DNA of 64,000 nucleotides from Chloroflexota bacterium (GTDB taxonomy: Bacteria; Chloroflexota; UBA11872; VXOZ01), in NCBI GenBank assembly GCA_022824225.1, contig JAJEAH010000028.1:65766-129765 (forward strand), read 5' to 3'. The first letter of the stretch is position 1. Every line of letters starts with the position of its first letter. Position numbers and translations under genes: made by a program. Below the pieces are notes generated by a model. That model was not told the origin of the DNA, searched no databases, and saw nothing but the letters and a program-made list of their open reading frames with translations. Positions 19,534-29,221 of the stretch are shown in pieces.

Positions 19534-21348
19534 ATGGCTGCGAGCGCCAACGGACGATTTGAGGTCATTGCTGAGGGGCCGTTGCGGGTCGGGGAGACGG
19601 TGGCGTTGCAACTTCACTACACGCCGCCAAGCGGCGGACTGCACACCGGCGGCAACCTGTGGATCTTCTACGATATTCGTCAATTCGGCGACCGCAGGCA
19701 CGCGTTTGAGGCCTCAGGCGGCATCATCGTCAATGGTCCAGCGGGGACAGTCTGGGAGTCCGAGGCGCTCGTCAACGGCGGCACGGTGCGGACGTTCGAC
19801 GTTCACTCTCCGGCGCCTGAATTCCTCCACGCCGTGCACGTGAAGCTCGCAAAGGGCTCAGTGGCGGAAAACCAGAGTGTCGAGGTGCAATTACGCACTG
19901 TGGCCGAGGGCTTTCTGCTGCCGGTCAACGCCATCGACGCCTTTCGTTTCTGGCTGGTGGAAGACCCGCGGGGCGAACTCACGCTCTACCATCCCGACCG
20001 CGACAAGTACCACTACTTCCTGCCGCGCGAGGCGGAACTTTCAATACTGGAGAGCAACCCGCTCACCATCAGCGCCGCCGAGCCGGCCGCGCTGCAGGTG
20101 ACGACGCCGTCCTATTCATCGGGGCAGGCGCTGACACGGGTGGTCGTCACCGATAGATACGGCAATCCCGTTCGTGATGCGGCAGGGGCGGTCACCCTGC
20201 GTACCGGCAGCGGCGAGACAACTGCTGCGCTCAACTCATTCAGCACGGAAGACACAGTACCGGTGCAGGGCCCTGCCGATCGTGTAACGGCGGCGTATGG
20301 GGACATCGAGGCCGTGAGCAATCCGGTGCGGGTCGATGCGGATACGTCCCCGTATACCCTGTATTGGGGCGACCCCCACGGCATGCTCTTCAACCAGCGC
20401 CCCATTGTCGAGCACTTCGCCTGGGGCAAGGATGTGAACGACCTGGATTTTGCGGGCGGCCAGCTCTTCTCGTATAGCATTTGCATCGAGGAAATTTGGG
20501 ACGAACTGCAGGACGCGTGGCGGCAGTATGACTTGCCGGGCGAGTTCGTCGCGTTGCCGTCGGCGGAGTTCGCCACCGGGCCCGACGGCAGTCACCGTCA
20601 CGGCTTCTTCCCCAAGCCGGAGGGCGAGCCGCCGGTCTTCTGTGAAGACCGTCCCGCCGCCAACGATCCCAAGCTCCACGCGCGGTATCACCCCGACACC
20701 GTCTATTGCAACGACTATCAAGAATTCTACCGGGAGATGAAACGCCGGGGCGCGCTCATTCACGGCCACTTTCATACGCATTTCTACGTGCAGGAACACC
20801 TGGCTGAGATCTATCAGAAGCAGCAAACCGACGGGTTCACTGAGGAAGAGAAGATCAACCAGTTCTTGATGCGGGGCGTGAAGCTCGGCATCGTCAGCGG
20901 CAGCGATACCCACGACAACCGCCCCGCCAATCCCTACAAGGAACCGGGGCCGTCAGGGCCGGCGGGACTGACCGCCGTGTGGGCCGAACGGCTCGACCGG
21001 CCCACGCTCTTCGATGCGCTCTTCAACCGGCGCTGCTACGCCACCACCGGCGTGCGCATCATCGTGGACTTTCGTGTGAACGGCGCGTGGGTGGGATCAA
21101 CGGTGCAGGCCGATAGTTTCGCGTTCACGGCGGACGTGGTCGGCACGGCGGACATCGAGCAAATTGACCTGGTGGTGAACGGCGACACAGCCAGAAGTTA
21201 CACACCTGATCAACAGCACGTGCAATTGGAAGATGAGGTGCCGCTGCGGTTCTCTCCGGTCAGCGCCAATTACTGCTACCTCCGCGTGCGGCAGAGAGAC
21301 GGCAATCGCGCGTGGACGAGTCCAATCTGGCTGGAGCCTATGGCGTAG
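19534..21348 (+). CDS. PHP-like / DUF3604-family protein, paralog 2 (HxH degenerated to H-G-M; longer N-terminal beta domain)
   Basis: Shares YWGDPHGM, HGHFHTHFY, GIVSGSDTHDN, ATTGVRI, WTSPIWLE with paralog 1. About 75% identical to paralog 3. Confidence 0.65.
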   Translation: MAASANGRFEVIAEGPLRVGETVALQLHYTPPSGGLHTGGNLWIFYDIRQFGDRRHAFEASGGIIVNGPAGTVWESEALVNGGTVRTFDVHSPAPEFLHAVHVKLAKGSVAENQSVEVQLRTVAEGFLLPVNAIDAFRFWLVEDPRGELTLYHPDRDKYHYFLPREAELSILESNPLTISAAEPAALQVTTPSYSSGQALTRVVVTDRYGNPVRDAAGAVTLRTGSGETTAALNSFSTEDTVPVQGPADRVTAAYGDIEAVSNPVRVDADTSPYTLYWGDPHGMLFNQRPIVEHFAWGKDVNDLDFAGGQLFSYSICIEEIWDELQDAWRQYDLPGEFVALPSAEFATGPDGSHRHGFFPKPEGEPPVFCEDRPAANDPKLHARYHPDTVYCNDYQEFYREMKRRGALIHGHFHTHFYVQEHLAEIYQKQQTDGFTEEEKINQFLMRGVKLGIVSGSDTHDNRPANPYKEPGPSGPAGLTAVWAERLDRPTLFDALFNRRCYATTGVRIIVDFRVNGAWVGSTVQADSFAFTADVVGTADIEQIDLVVNGDTARSYTPDQQHVQLEDEVPLRFSPVSANYCYLRVRQRDGNRAWTSPIWLEPMA

Positions 21349-21486
21349 TCGAGTCCAATTGAGCTGAGGACACCTGCCGTGTTTTCCCGTGCGCGGACTG
21401 CCAAGAGGCATATTGTGCTCCGAGTCCTAAGTACAGTGGGACTGTATACTGGTCGCGTCTAGCTGTAGAGCCGAGGAGCATTGGCC

Positions 21487-23304
21487 ATGTCCGCGGAAGT
21501 CAATGGGCGTTTCTGGGTCAGTGTAGAAGGCCCGTTGCGCGTTGCTGAAACGGTCACGTTGGAGTTGCACTACATGCCCCCGGCAGGCGGCCTGCAGACG
21601 GGGGGAAATCTCTGGTTCTGCTTCGACATTCGCCAGCTTGACGAGTGGGTGCTCGACTTTGACCGGCCGGACGCCATTGCCGTGCAAGGTCCGGCGGAGA
21701 CGGTCTGGGAAGCCGAGGCGCTCATCGATGGCGGCGTGGTGCGGACGTTCGATATCCATGCGCCCGTGCCGGAATTTCTGCACGTGGTGCACGTGAAGTG
21801 CGTGGCCGGCGCAGTGACGGCGGCGGAGCGAGTTACGGTGCAACTGCGCACGGCTCCCGGCGGCTTCCTGCTTCCCCGCAACGCCATCGATGCTTTCCGT
21901 TTCTGGCTGGTCGAGGACCCGTCTGGCGAGCTTACTTTCTACCACCCGGAACGGGACAAGCACCACTACTTTCTGCCGCGTGACGCGGAACTCTCCTTGC
22001 TGGAGAGCAATCCGCTCGCAATCAAAGAGGCCGAACCGGCGGCGCTGCAGGTAACCTCGCCGTCTCACGCCGCGGGGCACGCGGCCACACGCGTCGTCGT
22101 CACCGATCGGTTTGGCAATCCCGTGCGCGCTGCCCAGGGCGAGGTGACGCTGCGTTCCGGCAATGGCGAGACAACGGTTGCGCTCAGTTCGTTTAGCGCC
22201 GCAGGGACCGTACCCATGCGGGGGCCCGTAGACCGCGTCACGGCGTCGTACCGGGGCGTCGAAGCCGAAAGCAACCCGGTGCGGGTGGATGAAGAATTGC
22301 CTTGCCTGTCGCTCTATTGGGGCGACCTCCACGGCATGCTCTTCAGCCAACGGCCCATCGAGGATCACTTCGCCTGGGGCAAGGACGTGAACGGTCTTGA
22401 CTTTGCCGGCGGCCAGTTGTTTTCCTACAGCATTTCCATTGCGGAAACGTGGGAGAAACTCCAGAACGCGTGGCAGCGCTATGACTTGCCCGGGGAGTTC
22501 ATTGCGCTGCCCTCGGCGGAGTTCGGCACCACCCCCGACGGCAGTCACCGTCATGCGTTCTTTCCGGAGATTGCGGGACAGCCGCCGGTCTTTTGCGAAG
22601 ATCGACCCGCGGCGCACGATCCCAAATTGCAGGCGCGCTTTCATCCCGATACGGTCTTCTGCAAAGACTACCAGGAGTTCTACCGCGAAATGAAGCGCCG
22701 GGGCGCCCTGATGCACGGTCATTTCCATACGCACTTCTACGTCCAAGAACACCTGGCGGAGATCTTTCAGAAGCAGAGAACGGACGGTGAGGTGGAAGAG
22801 GAGAAGATCAACCAGTACCTGATGCAGGGCGCGAGGCTTGGCTTCGTGAGCGGGAGCGACACCCACGACAGCCGTCCTGCCAATCCCTACCGCGAACCGG
22901 GGCCGCTGACCGGTGTGGCGGGACTTACCGGCGTGTGGGCGGAACGGCTGGACAAACCATCCCTCTTCGACGCGCTCTTCAACCGGCGCTGCTACGCGAC
23001 AAGCGGCGTGCGCATGATCGTCGACTTTCGCGTGAACGACGATTGGATGGGTTCCACGGTGCAAGGCGAACGATTCACGTTTACGGCGGACGTGGTCGGC
23101 ACGGCGGAGATCGAGCGCATCGACCTGGTAGTGAACGGCGATACGGCCCGAAGCTATGCGCCCAGGCAACAACACGCGCATGTGGAAGATGAGGTGCCGC
23201 TGCGGTTTTCGCCCAAGAACGTCCACTATTGCTACCTGCGCGTGCGGCAAGTAGACGGCAATCGCGCGTGGACGAGCCCAGTCTGGTTGGAGCCACATTC
23301 ATAG
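21487..23304 (+). CDS. PHP-like / DUF3604-family protein, paralog 3 (recent tandem duplicate of paralog 2)
   Basis: MSAEVNGRFWV... aligns with paralog 2 (MAASANGRFEV...). A GAGGAG ribosome-binding site lies 8 nt upstream of this ATG. Motifs YWGDLHGM, HGHFHTHFY, GFVSGSDTHDS. Confidence 0.65.
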   Translation: MSAEVNGRFWVSVEGPLRVAETVTLELHYMPPAGGLQTGGNLWFCFDIRQLDEWVLDFDRPDAIAVQGPAETVWEAEALIDGGVVRTFDIHAPVPEFLHVVHVKCVAGAVTAAERVTVQLRTAPGGFLLPRNAIDAFRFWLVEDPSGELTFYHPERDKHHYFLPRDAELSLLESNPLAIKEAEPAALQVTSPSHAAGHAATRVVVTDRFGNPVRAAQGEVTLRSGNGETTVALSSFSAAGTVPMRGPVDRVTASYRGVEAESNPVRVDEELPCLSLYWGDLHGMLFSQRPIEDHFAWGKDVNGLDFAGGQLFSYSISIAETWEKLQNAWQRYDLPGEFIALPSAEFGTTPDGSHRHAFFPEIAGQPPVFCEDRPAAHDPKLQARFHPDTVFCKDYQEFYREMKRRGALMHGHFHTHFYVQEHLAEIFQKQRTDGEVEEEKINQYLMQGARLGFVSGSDTHDSRPANPYREPGPLTGVAGLTGVWAERLDKPSLFDALFNRRCYATSGVRMIVDFRVNDDWMGSTVQGERFTFTADVVGTAEIERIDLVVNGDTARSYAPRQQHAHVEDEVPLRFSPKNVHYCYLRVRQVDGNRAWTSPVWLEPHS

Positions 23305-23574
23305 GCACGACGCGATGGGTCCCTTCATGGTTCGGCTAGGGCTTTACTAGGCCCACTCAGCACGAACAAATATGGGCAAGGTCAATACGGGTAAATTTGC
23401 AACAGACTGGGCAAGAACGGAATTCGAAAGGCTGACAACGAACGCGAAGAGCGCTTGGGCAGTATGGGCCGCTCCGTTTGCCCCCGCATCGGAGTACGGG
23501 GCAGGCTCTGAGCTTGCCGAATGGTGAGCTTCCGAAGGCAAGCCTTCATCGAAGTTGTTTTGGCTAGGTAGTCA

Positions 23575-24684
23575 ATGGCTGACTTTGCACGCATAACACA
23601 GTCCATGGCAGAGCAGCGACTGGATGCCCTGGTTACGCTCGGCATGCGGAACTGCGCCTATCTGGCCGGCGCCATCAGCGAGGGGCCGTGGCTCAACGAG
23701 CCGCAGGGGCTCGCGCCCTGGATGACGTGTCTCATTCCGCCGGACCGGTCATTCACGTTTGGCGGCGGGTTACGAGACACGGACATGCCGGCAGACGGGA
23801 TTTCTCCCGATCATACCCGCGCGGCGCGGCTGACGGCGCTGGCAGCGGAGATGCGGCAGCGAGGCGTCGGCAAGGCGCGTGTCGGGGTTGACATGGATTT
23901 TGCCTCGGCGAGCGATCTGCGGAGGCTTGAAGAACTCTTGCCGGATGCTACGTTCGTTTTCGCCGACCTGCTGCTCGCACAAGCACGGGCGTGCAAGACG
24001 CCGCAAGAGCTACAGTGGCTCCGCAAGGCAATAGCCGCCTCCGAGTCTGGGTATCGAGAGATGCTGCGCGAGGTGCGCGTGGGCATTTCCTTTCAAGAGC
24101 TTGTGACCGTATGGGCAAAGGCGGTGCTGGACAACGGGGCCTTGCCCATCAATACTTCACCGGTCTCGTGGATGCTGCCCCACGGCGGCACGAGCCTGCG
24201 CGATCAGCCCGACGCAGTCGTGATTCGCAGTCCCGGCGTTGTGGAAGCGGGGTTGGTGTACCGCGTCGATCTCGCCGCGATCTCCGCCGGTTTCTTTTCC
24301 GATCAGAAGTTTAATTTCTGCGTGGGCGCGCCGCGCAAAGAGAGCTTGGCCGTCTGGCAGGCGCACCGGGAGCGGCAGCTTTTCATGGAAGACTTCGTGC
24401 GTCCGGGCAAGACGAAACGCGAGGTCTTCGAGGCCTGCCAGCGCGAGTTCAAAGACACTGATAAATATGCCTGGTGGATCCACGGCGTGGGCATGGACAA
24501 GCACGAGGAACCGCTGATCGGCAGTCTGCTGCCGTCCGCCGTTGACGTGCGGCCGGAGATCACCTTTGCGGTGAACAACGTGGTCTCGCTAGAGTCCTCG
24601 TGGCTCGAGGAGGACATGTACGTATTGAAGGAGGATGGACTCGAGCGGTTGGGGACAATTCCGCAGGAAGTGGCTATTGTGTGA
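23575..24684 (+). CDS. M24-family metallopeptidase (creatinase / Xaa-Pro peptidase-like; creatinase N-terminal domain plus pita-bread domain)
   Basis: The N-terminal region resembles the creatinase/prolidase N domain. The C-terminal region carries candidate metal ligands (VDLAAIS...SDQ, HGVGMDKHE, LESSWLEE). Confidence 0.7.
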   Translation: MADFARITQSMAEQRLDALVTLGMRNCAYLAGAISEGPWLNEPQGLAPWMTCLIPPDRSFTFGGGLRDTDMPADGISPDHTRAARLTALAAEMRQRGVGKARVGVDMDFASASDLRRLEELLPDATFVFADLLLAQARACKTPQELQWLRKAIAASESGYREMLREVRVGISFQELVTVWAKAVLDNGALPINTSPVSWMLPHGGTSLRDQPDAVVIRSPGVVEAGLVYRVDLAAISAGFFSDQKFNFCVGAPRKESLAVWQAHRERQLFMEDFVRPGKTKREVFEACQREFKDTDKYAWWIHGVGMDKHEEPLIGSLLPSAVDVRPEITFAVNNVVSLESSWLEEDMYVLKEDGLERLGTIPQEVAIV

Positions 24685-24699
24685 GTGTGAAGACTGGAT

Positions 24700-24950
24700 T
24701 CCGGTGCAGGCCGGATTCACCATGCCTCGCTAGACCACATACGAGAGATGAACATGGCGGCTAGCTTCCCAACTGTCACTCCGGCGAAAGCCGGAGTCTA
24801 GGGCGCACGGCGAAGATGGATTCCGGCTTTCGCCGGAATGACAGACTGGCTGCGGTTTATTCTTAGGTCGATCATCATGGTCTTGACGGTCACGCACGAG
24901 AATGTTTGCAGCGGACGCAAGTTGCAAACCTGCGCTACCGGAGCGAAACT
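24700..24950. repeat. Left copy of a ~200-bp repeat flanking the S8-like gene (gtcactccggcgaaagccggagtc ... ttgcaaacctgcgctaccggag)
   Basis: The same two motifs occur in the same order at 26467-26594. The second motif also occurs at 44575-44600. Confidence 0.7.
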
Positions 24951-25071
24951 GCCAAAACCGTCTATTTTTAGAGCAACGGCGCAGACGTTTGGGGGACGAA
25001 TGAGCCCGGAGTGGCGTATACGACTGGTATGACTCGTAGGTCTGGAATCACGTACGGGAAAGGAAAGACCG

Positions 25072-26415
25072 ATGGCAATTACCGAGCAGAAAGAGACCGG
25101 CGTACTGCCGGAGGGCGTGCGGGAGCCGTATGACTGGGCGCTTGATCAGATGCGGGTACGGGAGGCCCATGCCGTTACGCAGGGCAGCCCTGACGTGATT
25201 GTGGCCGTGATCGATCTCGGGTATCGGTTTCACCCCGACCATGAGGGTCACCTGTGGGTAAACCCGCGGCCCACGCGGGGCGACGTGCACGGTTGGGACT
25301 TTGCCGAGGAAGACGCCACGCTCGAGTACGAAGGGTCGCGCGACGATACGGTGTACCATCGCGGGCACCACGCCTTCGTCGTCGGGGAAGTAGCGGCTAC
25401 GGCGCCCAAGTGTCCGATAATGATCCTGCGTGTGGGGTACGAGCCGCACCACCAGAAGAGTTGGCCGCGCGCCGTGCGCTATGCGGTTGACCACGGGGCC
25501 AAGGTGCTCGTGATGCCCCACGGGTACATCACGTTAGACCATACCGATGGCGTGCCCTCATTCTACAAAGGCACCGACTTCAACTATCCCTACGACAATA
25601 TCGGCCTTATCGAGGCGCTGGATTACGCCTATCAATCGGGCTGTTTAGTCATCAAGGGCACGGCGGACAACCGCGGGCGGCGGGTGGCGACCGTGAATGC
25701 CGGTTTGGATAGCGTCTTTGCCGTCGGCTCAACGAACAAACACGGCGTGGCGGCGAACATCGCGGCGTCGGCTGACTATGTGGAGGCGGCTACGCCCGGC
25801 GGGGAACGCAACACGGATGACCCGACCGAATCCATCTGGGGAACCGGCGGCGACCACGACTACATACCTTTCGAGGGCGGTTGCATGGCGTCGGCCTTTG
25901 GCGGCGGCGTGGCGGCACTGGCGTTTTCGCAATATCCGCACCTATCCAATGGCGAAATTCGCCAGATACTGCGCAATACGTCCCAGGGCAGCGGCTGGGA
26001 TCCCCTGCTCGGGCACGGCATCTTCGATGCGTACCGGGCGGTGTCGCTTGCGCCCCAGGAGCTCTCGGCAGGACTGCGCGTCGATAGCACGGCGTCGCAG
26101 GTACGCCGGGAGGACGGAAAACTTGTGGCCGACATCGTTGTAGAAAACACAGGCGTCTTCGATGTATCTCGCATGCTAACGGTTGCGTTCAACGGCGATC
26201 CGAAATCGGCGGCCGACTCAAGCGCTACCCGCGAGCAAGCGAACATTCTCATCCGGCGTCAGATTGGCCACTGCATTGCCTCTGTGCCCGGTTTGGAGCG
26301 GGTGACCGTTTCGCTTGCGCTGGAGGACGAGTCAGAGCCGGATGAGGTCTGGGTGCAGGTCAATGCCCTGGAAGTGGGCAAAGCGGGGGTCTACGACACG
26401 GCGCGGATACGCTAA
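25072..26415 (+). CDS. Subtilase (S8) family homolog without signal peptide; the catalytic Ser position appears occupied by Cys
   Basis: Asp box VAVIDLG, His box HRGHHAFVVGEVAA, and a Ser-box-like GGCMASAFGGGVAALAF that aligns to GTSMAAPHVAGVAAL. No N-terminal signal sequence. Confidence 0.6.
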   Translation: MAITEQKETGVLPEGVREPYDWALDQMRVREAHAVTQGSPDVIVAVIDLGYRFHPDHEGHLWVNPRPTRGDVHGWDFAEEDATLEYEGSRDDTVYHRGHHAFVVGEVAATAPKCPIMILRVGYEPHHQKSWPRAVRYAVDHGAKVLVMPHGYITLDHTDGVPSFYKGTDFNYPYDNIGLIEALDYAYQSGCLVIKGTADNRGRRVATVNAGLDSVFAVGSTNKHGVAANIAASADYVEAATPGGERNTDDPTESIWGTGGDHDYIPFEGGCMASAFGGGVAALAFSQYPHLSNGEIRQILRNTSQGSGWDPLLGHGIFDAYRAVSLAPQELSAGLRVDSTASQVRREDGKLVADIVVENTGVFDVSRMLTVAFNGDPKSAADSSATREQANILIRRQIGHCIASVPGLERVTVSLALEDESEPDEVWVQVNALEVGKAGVYDTARIR

Positions 26416-26464
26416 GTTTGTGAATAGCAAGGCGGTTCAGGGACTCAAAGCTAGTGGGCTCCGG

Positions 26465-26600
26465 TCCGTCACTCCGGCGAAAGCCGGAGTCCAGGGGGTG
26501 TGGGCTGCATGGACTGCTGTCCCGTATCGAGCGCGAGACCGTCTTTGCACAGCCTGATGGCGGCGGGCGCAGGCTGAAAACCTGCGCTACCGGAGTAACA
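26465..26600. repeat. Right copy of the repeat flanking the S8-like gene
   Basis: cgtcactccggcgaaagccggagtcc at 26467-26492; aaacctgcgctaccggag at 26577-26594. Confidence 0.7.
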
Positions 26601-26962
26601 CCGCCAATCCTGGCTATTCCCATGGTATTTGCAGATGCCAGGCAAATCGTTGACAGAGTTGGCAGAGAGTGCGCTAAGTTAGTTTGCATGCGCCCATAGC
26701 ACATGTCATTCCGAACGGAGCGCAGCGGAGTGAGGAATCTAGTGTGCTGGGGCCACAAACTGTGTAAGACACGGCACTAGATTCCGCGAATCCAGTTCGA
26801 CGCTGCGCTCGGAAAGGTATGTACCGTCAAGGCTAGCTGCTAGACTAGAGATCCTGTCAACGGATTGCTCAACATCTACAGTTATGACAGGGAGGATCGG
26901 CATAGCGCCTTCCTGCGTTGTGCTGGCAGAGAACAGGTACTTCAAAGGATGAATGAGGTTCT

Positions 26963-27982
26963 ATGCGCGTTACATCCGTAGACATCGTGCCGTGGAAAGA
27001 TGACGCTACGTTCGTCTATTCGGTGGTATTTGACGAAGGCACCATCGACTGTTTGGCGAATGCGTTTCCCATCGCGCAGCAGTACGAGATTCTGGGCGAC
27101 GTGGCGGTGGTTGCCGGACAACTGGGTGAGAAGCGCCACGTCGAGCGCAGTTCGCTGAACGACTACTTCCACATGGGCCCGGAGCACCTTAAGTTTCTCC
27201 TGTCCCAGGGCTGGAGCGTGAGCAATCACAGCTATTCGCACCCGCCGCTGCGCGACCCCAGTAGTATTGACTACGAACAAGAGATCGTGGAGTCCTACCA
27301 CGTGCTGGAGCGCGCCCTCGGGCAGCCGGTACCGGTCTTCTCCTCGTGGAACAGCTTTGAGGTGTATGACACCGTGCGCGCGTGGGTGGAGCGCACGCCG
27401 GGCTACCTTGCACTCACGCGCGCCTCGAACGACGCCGAACACATTAACGGCCCCGACTTTGATCCCTTCAGCATCTGGCGCAACCGTCTCTGCGAAGACG
27501 ATGAAATCGAGTATCTGCTGCCCTGGCTCTCGCGCCGTGGGTTCGAGCCGGAACGCGTGCAGGGAAAGTGGCTGGTCGACGTCACGCACCTGGTCATGTA
27601 CAAGACGCCGCAGGGGCATAAGTGCATCTCGCCCTATGCGCTGGAGGGACGCTTCGATCAGATGCGCACGCTCTTTGGCGATAGCATGTGGGCAGCAAAC
27701 CCCGATGACGTGGTGCGCTACGCCTACCTGCGCAGGCACTGTACGCCTATTGTCGAGCAGCCTTCGCAAGCGCGGGCGACGATCTCTGTGGAGTTCTCTC
27801 GGTTGCCGCCGCAGACTGCGGAGGGACAGTTGACGTTTGTGCTTGCCTTTGCCGATGACCCCGGTACGGTGGAGGTAAGAGGGCCGGATGGGGCGGTGCA
27901 GACCACGCCCGCCGGCGAACGACGGCTGCGCTTTACGTGCCGGGTGAATCCCGGAGCGGAGCTAGAGGTTACTGCCCGCTAG
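26963..27982 (+). CDS. Polysaccharide deacetylase (NodB-homology / CE4-like) family protein
   Basis: NodB-like motifs (FDEGTIDC...HSYSHPPL). Preferred over the overlapping antisense ORF 26942-27769. Confidence 0.7.
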   Translation: MRVTSVDIVPWKDDATFVYSVVFDEGTIDCLANAFPIAQQYEILGDVAVVAGQLGEKRHVERSSLNDYFHMGPEHLKFLLSQGWSVSNHSYSHPPLRDPSSIDYEQEIVESYHVLERALGQPVPVFSSWNSFEVYDTVRAWVERTPGYLALTRASNDAEHINGPDFDPFSIWRNRLCEDDEIEYLLPWLSRRGFEPERVQGKWLVDVTHLVMYKTPQGHKCISPYALEGRFDQMRTLFGDSMWAANPDDVVRYAYLRRHCTPIVEQPSQARATISVEFSRLPPQTAEGQLTFVLAFADDPGTVEVRGPDGAVQTTPAGERRLRFTCRVNPGAELEVTAR

Positions 27983-28122
27983 CGTTCGGCTCTCGGCTCG
28001 CGGGATTGTGTACCAGGGTCCTCGGTTAGAGGGCAGGCGCGCTAGATGGCCGGCAGCGACGGCTGCCGTGACATCCTGGCTCCTGGCTTCACGTCTTTCA
28101 ATGCCATGGAGGTGGTTGAGCA

Positions 28123-28986
28123 ATGCAAGAAACTCGCCGTGACGGCCTACCTGGAGTGGGGCTCCTGATTCTCTGGATGGTGCTGCTGCTTGTGGATGTT
28201 CTGGGCTTCATCGTTTTGCTTGCGGTGTTGCCTTGGCTGATCTTCTTGCCGATCATCGTATTCGCCGCGCTCATGGTGGGCGTGTTCGGCTTCTTCAAAG
28301 TCGCGCCGAATGAGGGCAAGGTGTTGCAGCTCTTTGGCGCGTATCGCGGCACGGCCCGACAGCCCGGCCTGCGCTACACGAACCCCTTCTACAGCAAAGC
28401 GCGAATCTCGCTGCGCGTGCGCAATTTCGAGACCGGACGGGTCAAGGTCAACGACCGGCAAGGCAATCCGATCGAGATCGCAGCCGTGGTCGTCTGGCAG
28501 ATGGTGGACACGGCGGAGGCCACGTTTCAGGTTGACGACTACGAGAATTACGTGCACGTGCAGAGCGAAGCCGCCGTGCGCAACCTGGCGACCGGCTATG
28601 CCTATGACGCCCATGAGGAGGGTAAGATTAGCCTGACCACCCACACGGCCGAGGTCTCCGACCAGCTCAAGTCCGAGATCCAGGAACGGCTGGCGCAAGC
28701 CGGTGTGGACGTGCGGGAAGCGCGAGTGAGCCATCTGGCGTATGCGCCGGAGATTGCCGCCGTCATGCTGCGCCGGCAGCAGGCCGATGCCGTGATCGCC
28801 GCCCGCCAGAAGATCGTCGAAGGCGCCGTGGGCATGGTGGAAAACGCGCTCGGCTTGCTGTCCGAGCGTGAGGTCATCGAATTCGATCAGGAAAGCCGGG
28901 CGGCACTGGTGAGCAATCTGCTCGTCGTTCTCACCAGCGAGAACGCCATCCAGCCGGTTGTGAATACGACGCCACCCGGTCGATAG
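28123..28986 (+). CDS. SPFH/band-7 domain membrane protein
   Basis: N-terminal TM helices followed by an SPFH-like core (VKVNDRQGNPIEIAAVVVWQMVDTAEATFQVDDYENYV...). Confidence 0.8.
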   Translation: MQETRRDGLPGVGLLILWMVLLLVDVLGFIVLLAVLPWLIFLPIIVFAALMVGVFGFFKVAPNEGKVLQLFGAYRGTARQPGLRYTNPFYSKARISLRVRNFETGRVKVNDRQGNPIEIAAVVVWQMVDTAEATFQVDDYENYVHVQSEAAVRNLATGYAYDAHEEGKISLTTHTAEVSDQLKSEIQERLAQAGVDVREARVSHLAYAPEIAAVMLRRQQADAVIAARQKIVEGAVGMVENALGLLSEREVIEFDQESRAALVSNLLVVLTSENAIQPVVNTTPPGR

Positions 28987-29221
28987 GTGTGCTTCACGCG
29001 ATGGGGAGTCGCGGGTAAGGAGACAGTTTGGGGTTCGCGCACCGTGGGCGTTGCATCCTACCGCGGACTGCTCAATCTCCGCAAGCGCTTCCCTAATCGG
29101 CAGTTCTTCTTAGGGAAGGAAACCTGCGGAAAGCCCTTCTGCCAAAGAGTGCGGTCAGTGAGTGGAGGCAAAGGGATGCAAGGACCGCCCTGCGGAAAGG
29201 GCTCCCGTTGACGCTCCGCTG

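Noticed and set aside
26942-27769. 275-aa minus-strand ORF overlapping the polysaccharide deacetylase gene
   Set aside because: The plus-strand frame carries the NodB-like motifs and a ribosome-binding site. The minus ORF is a compositionally biased shadow.
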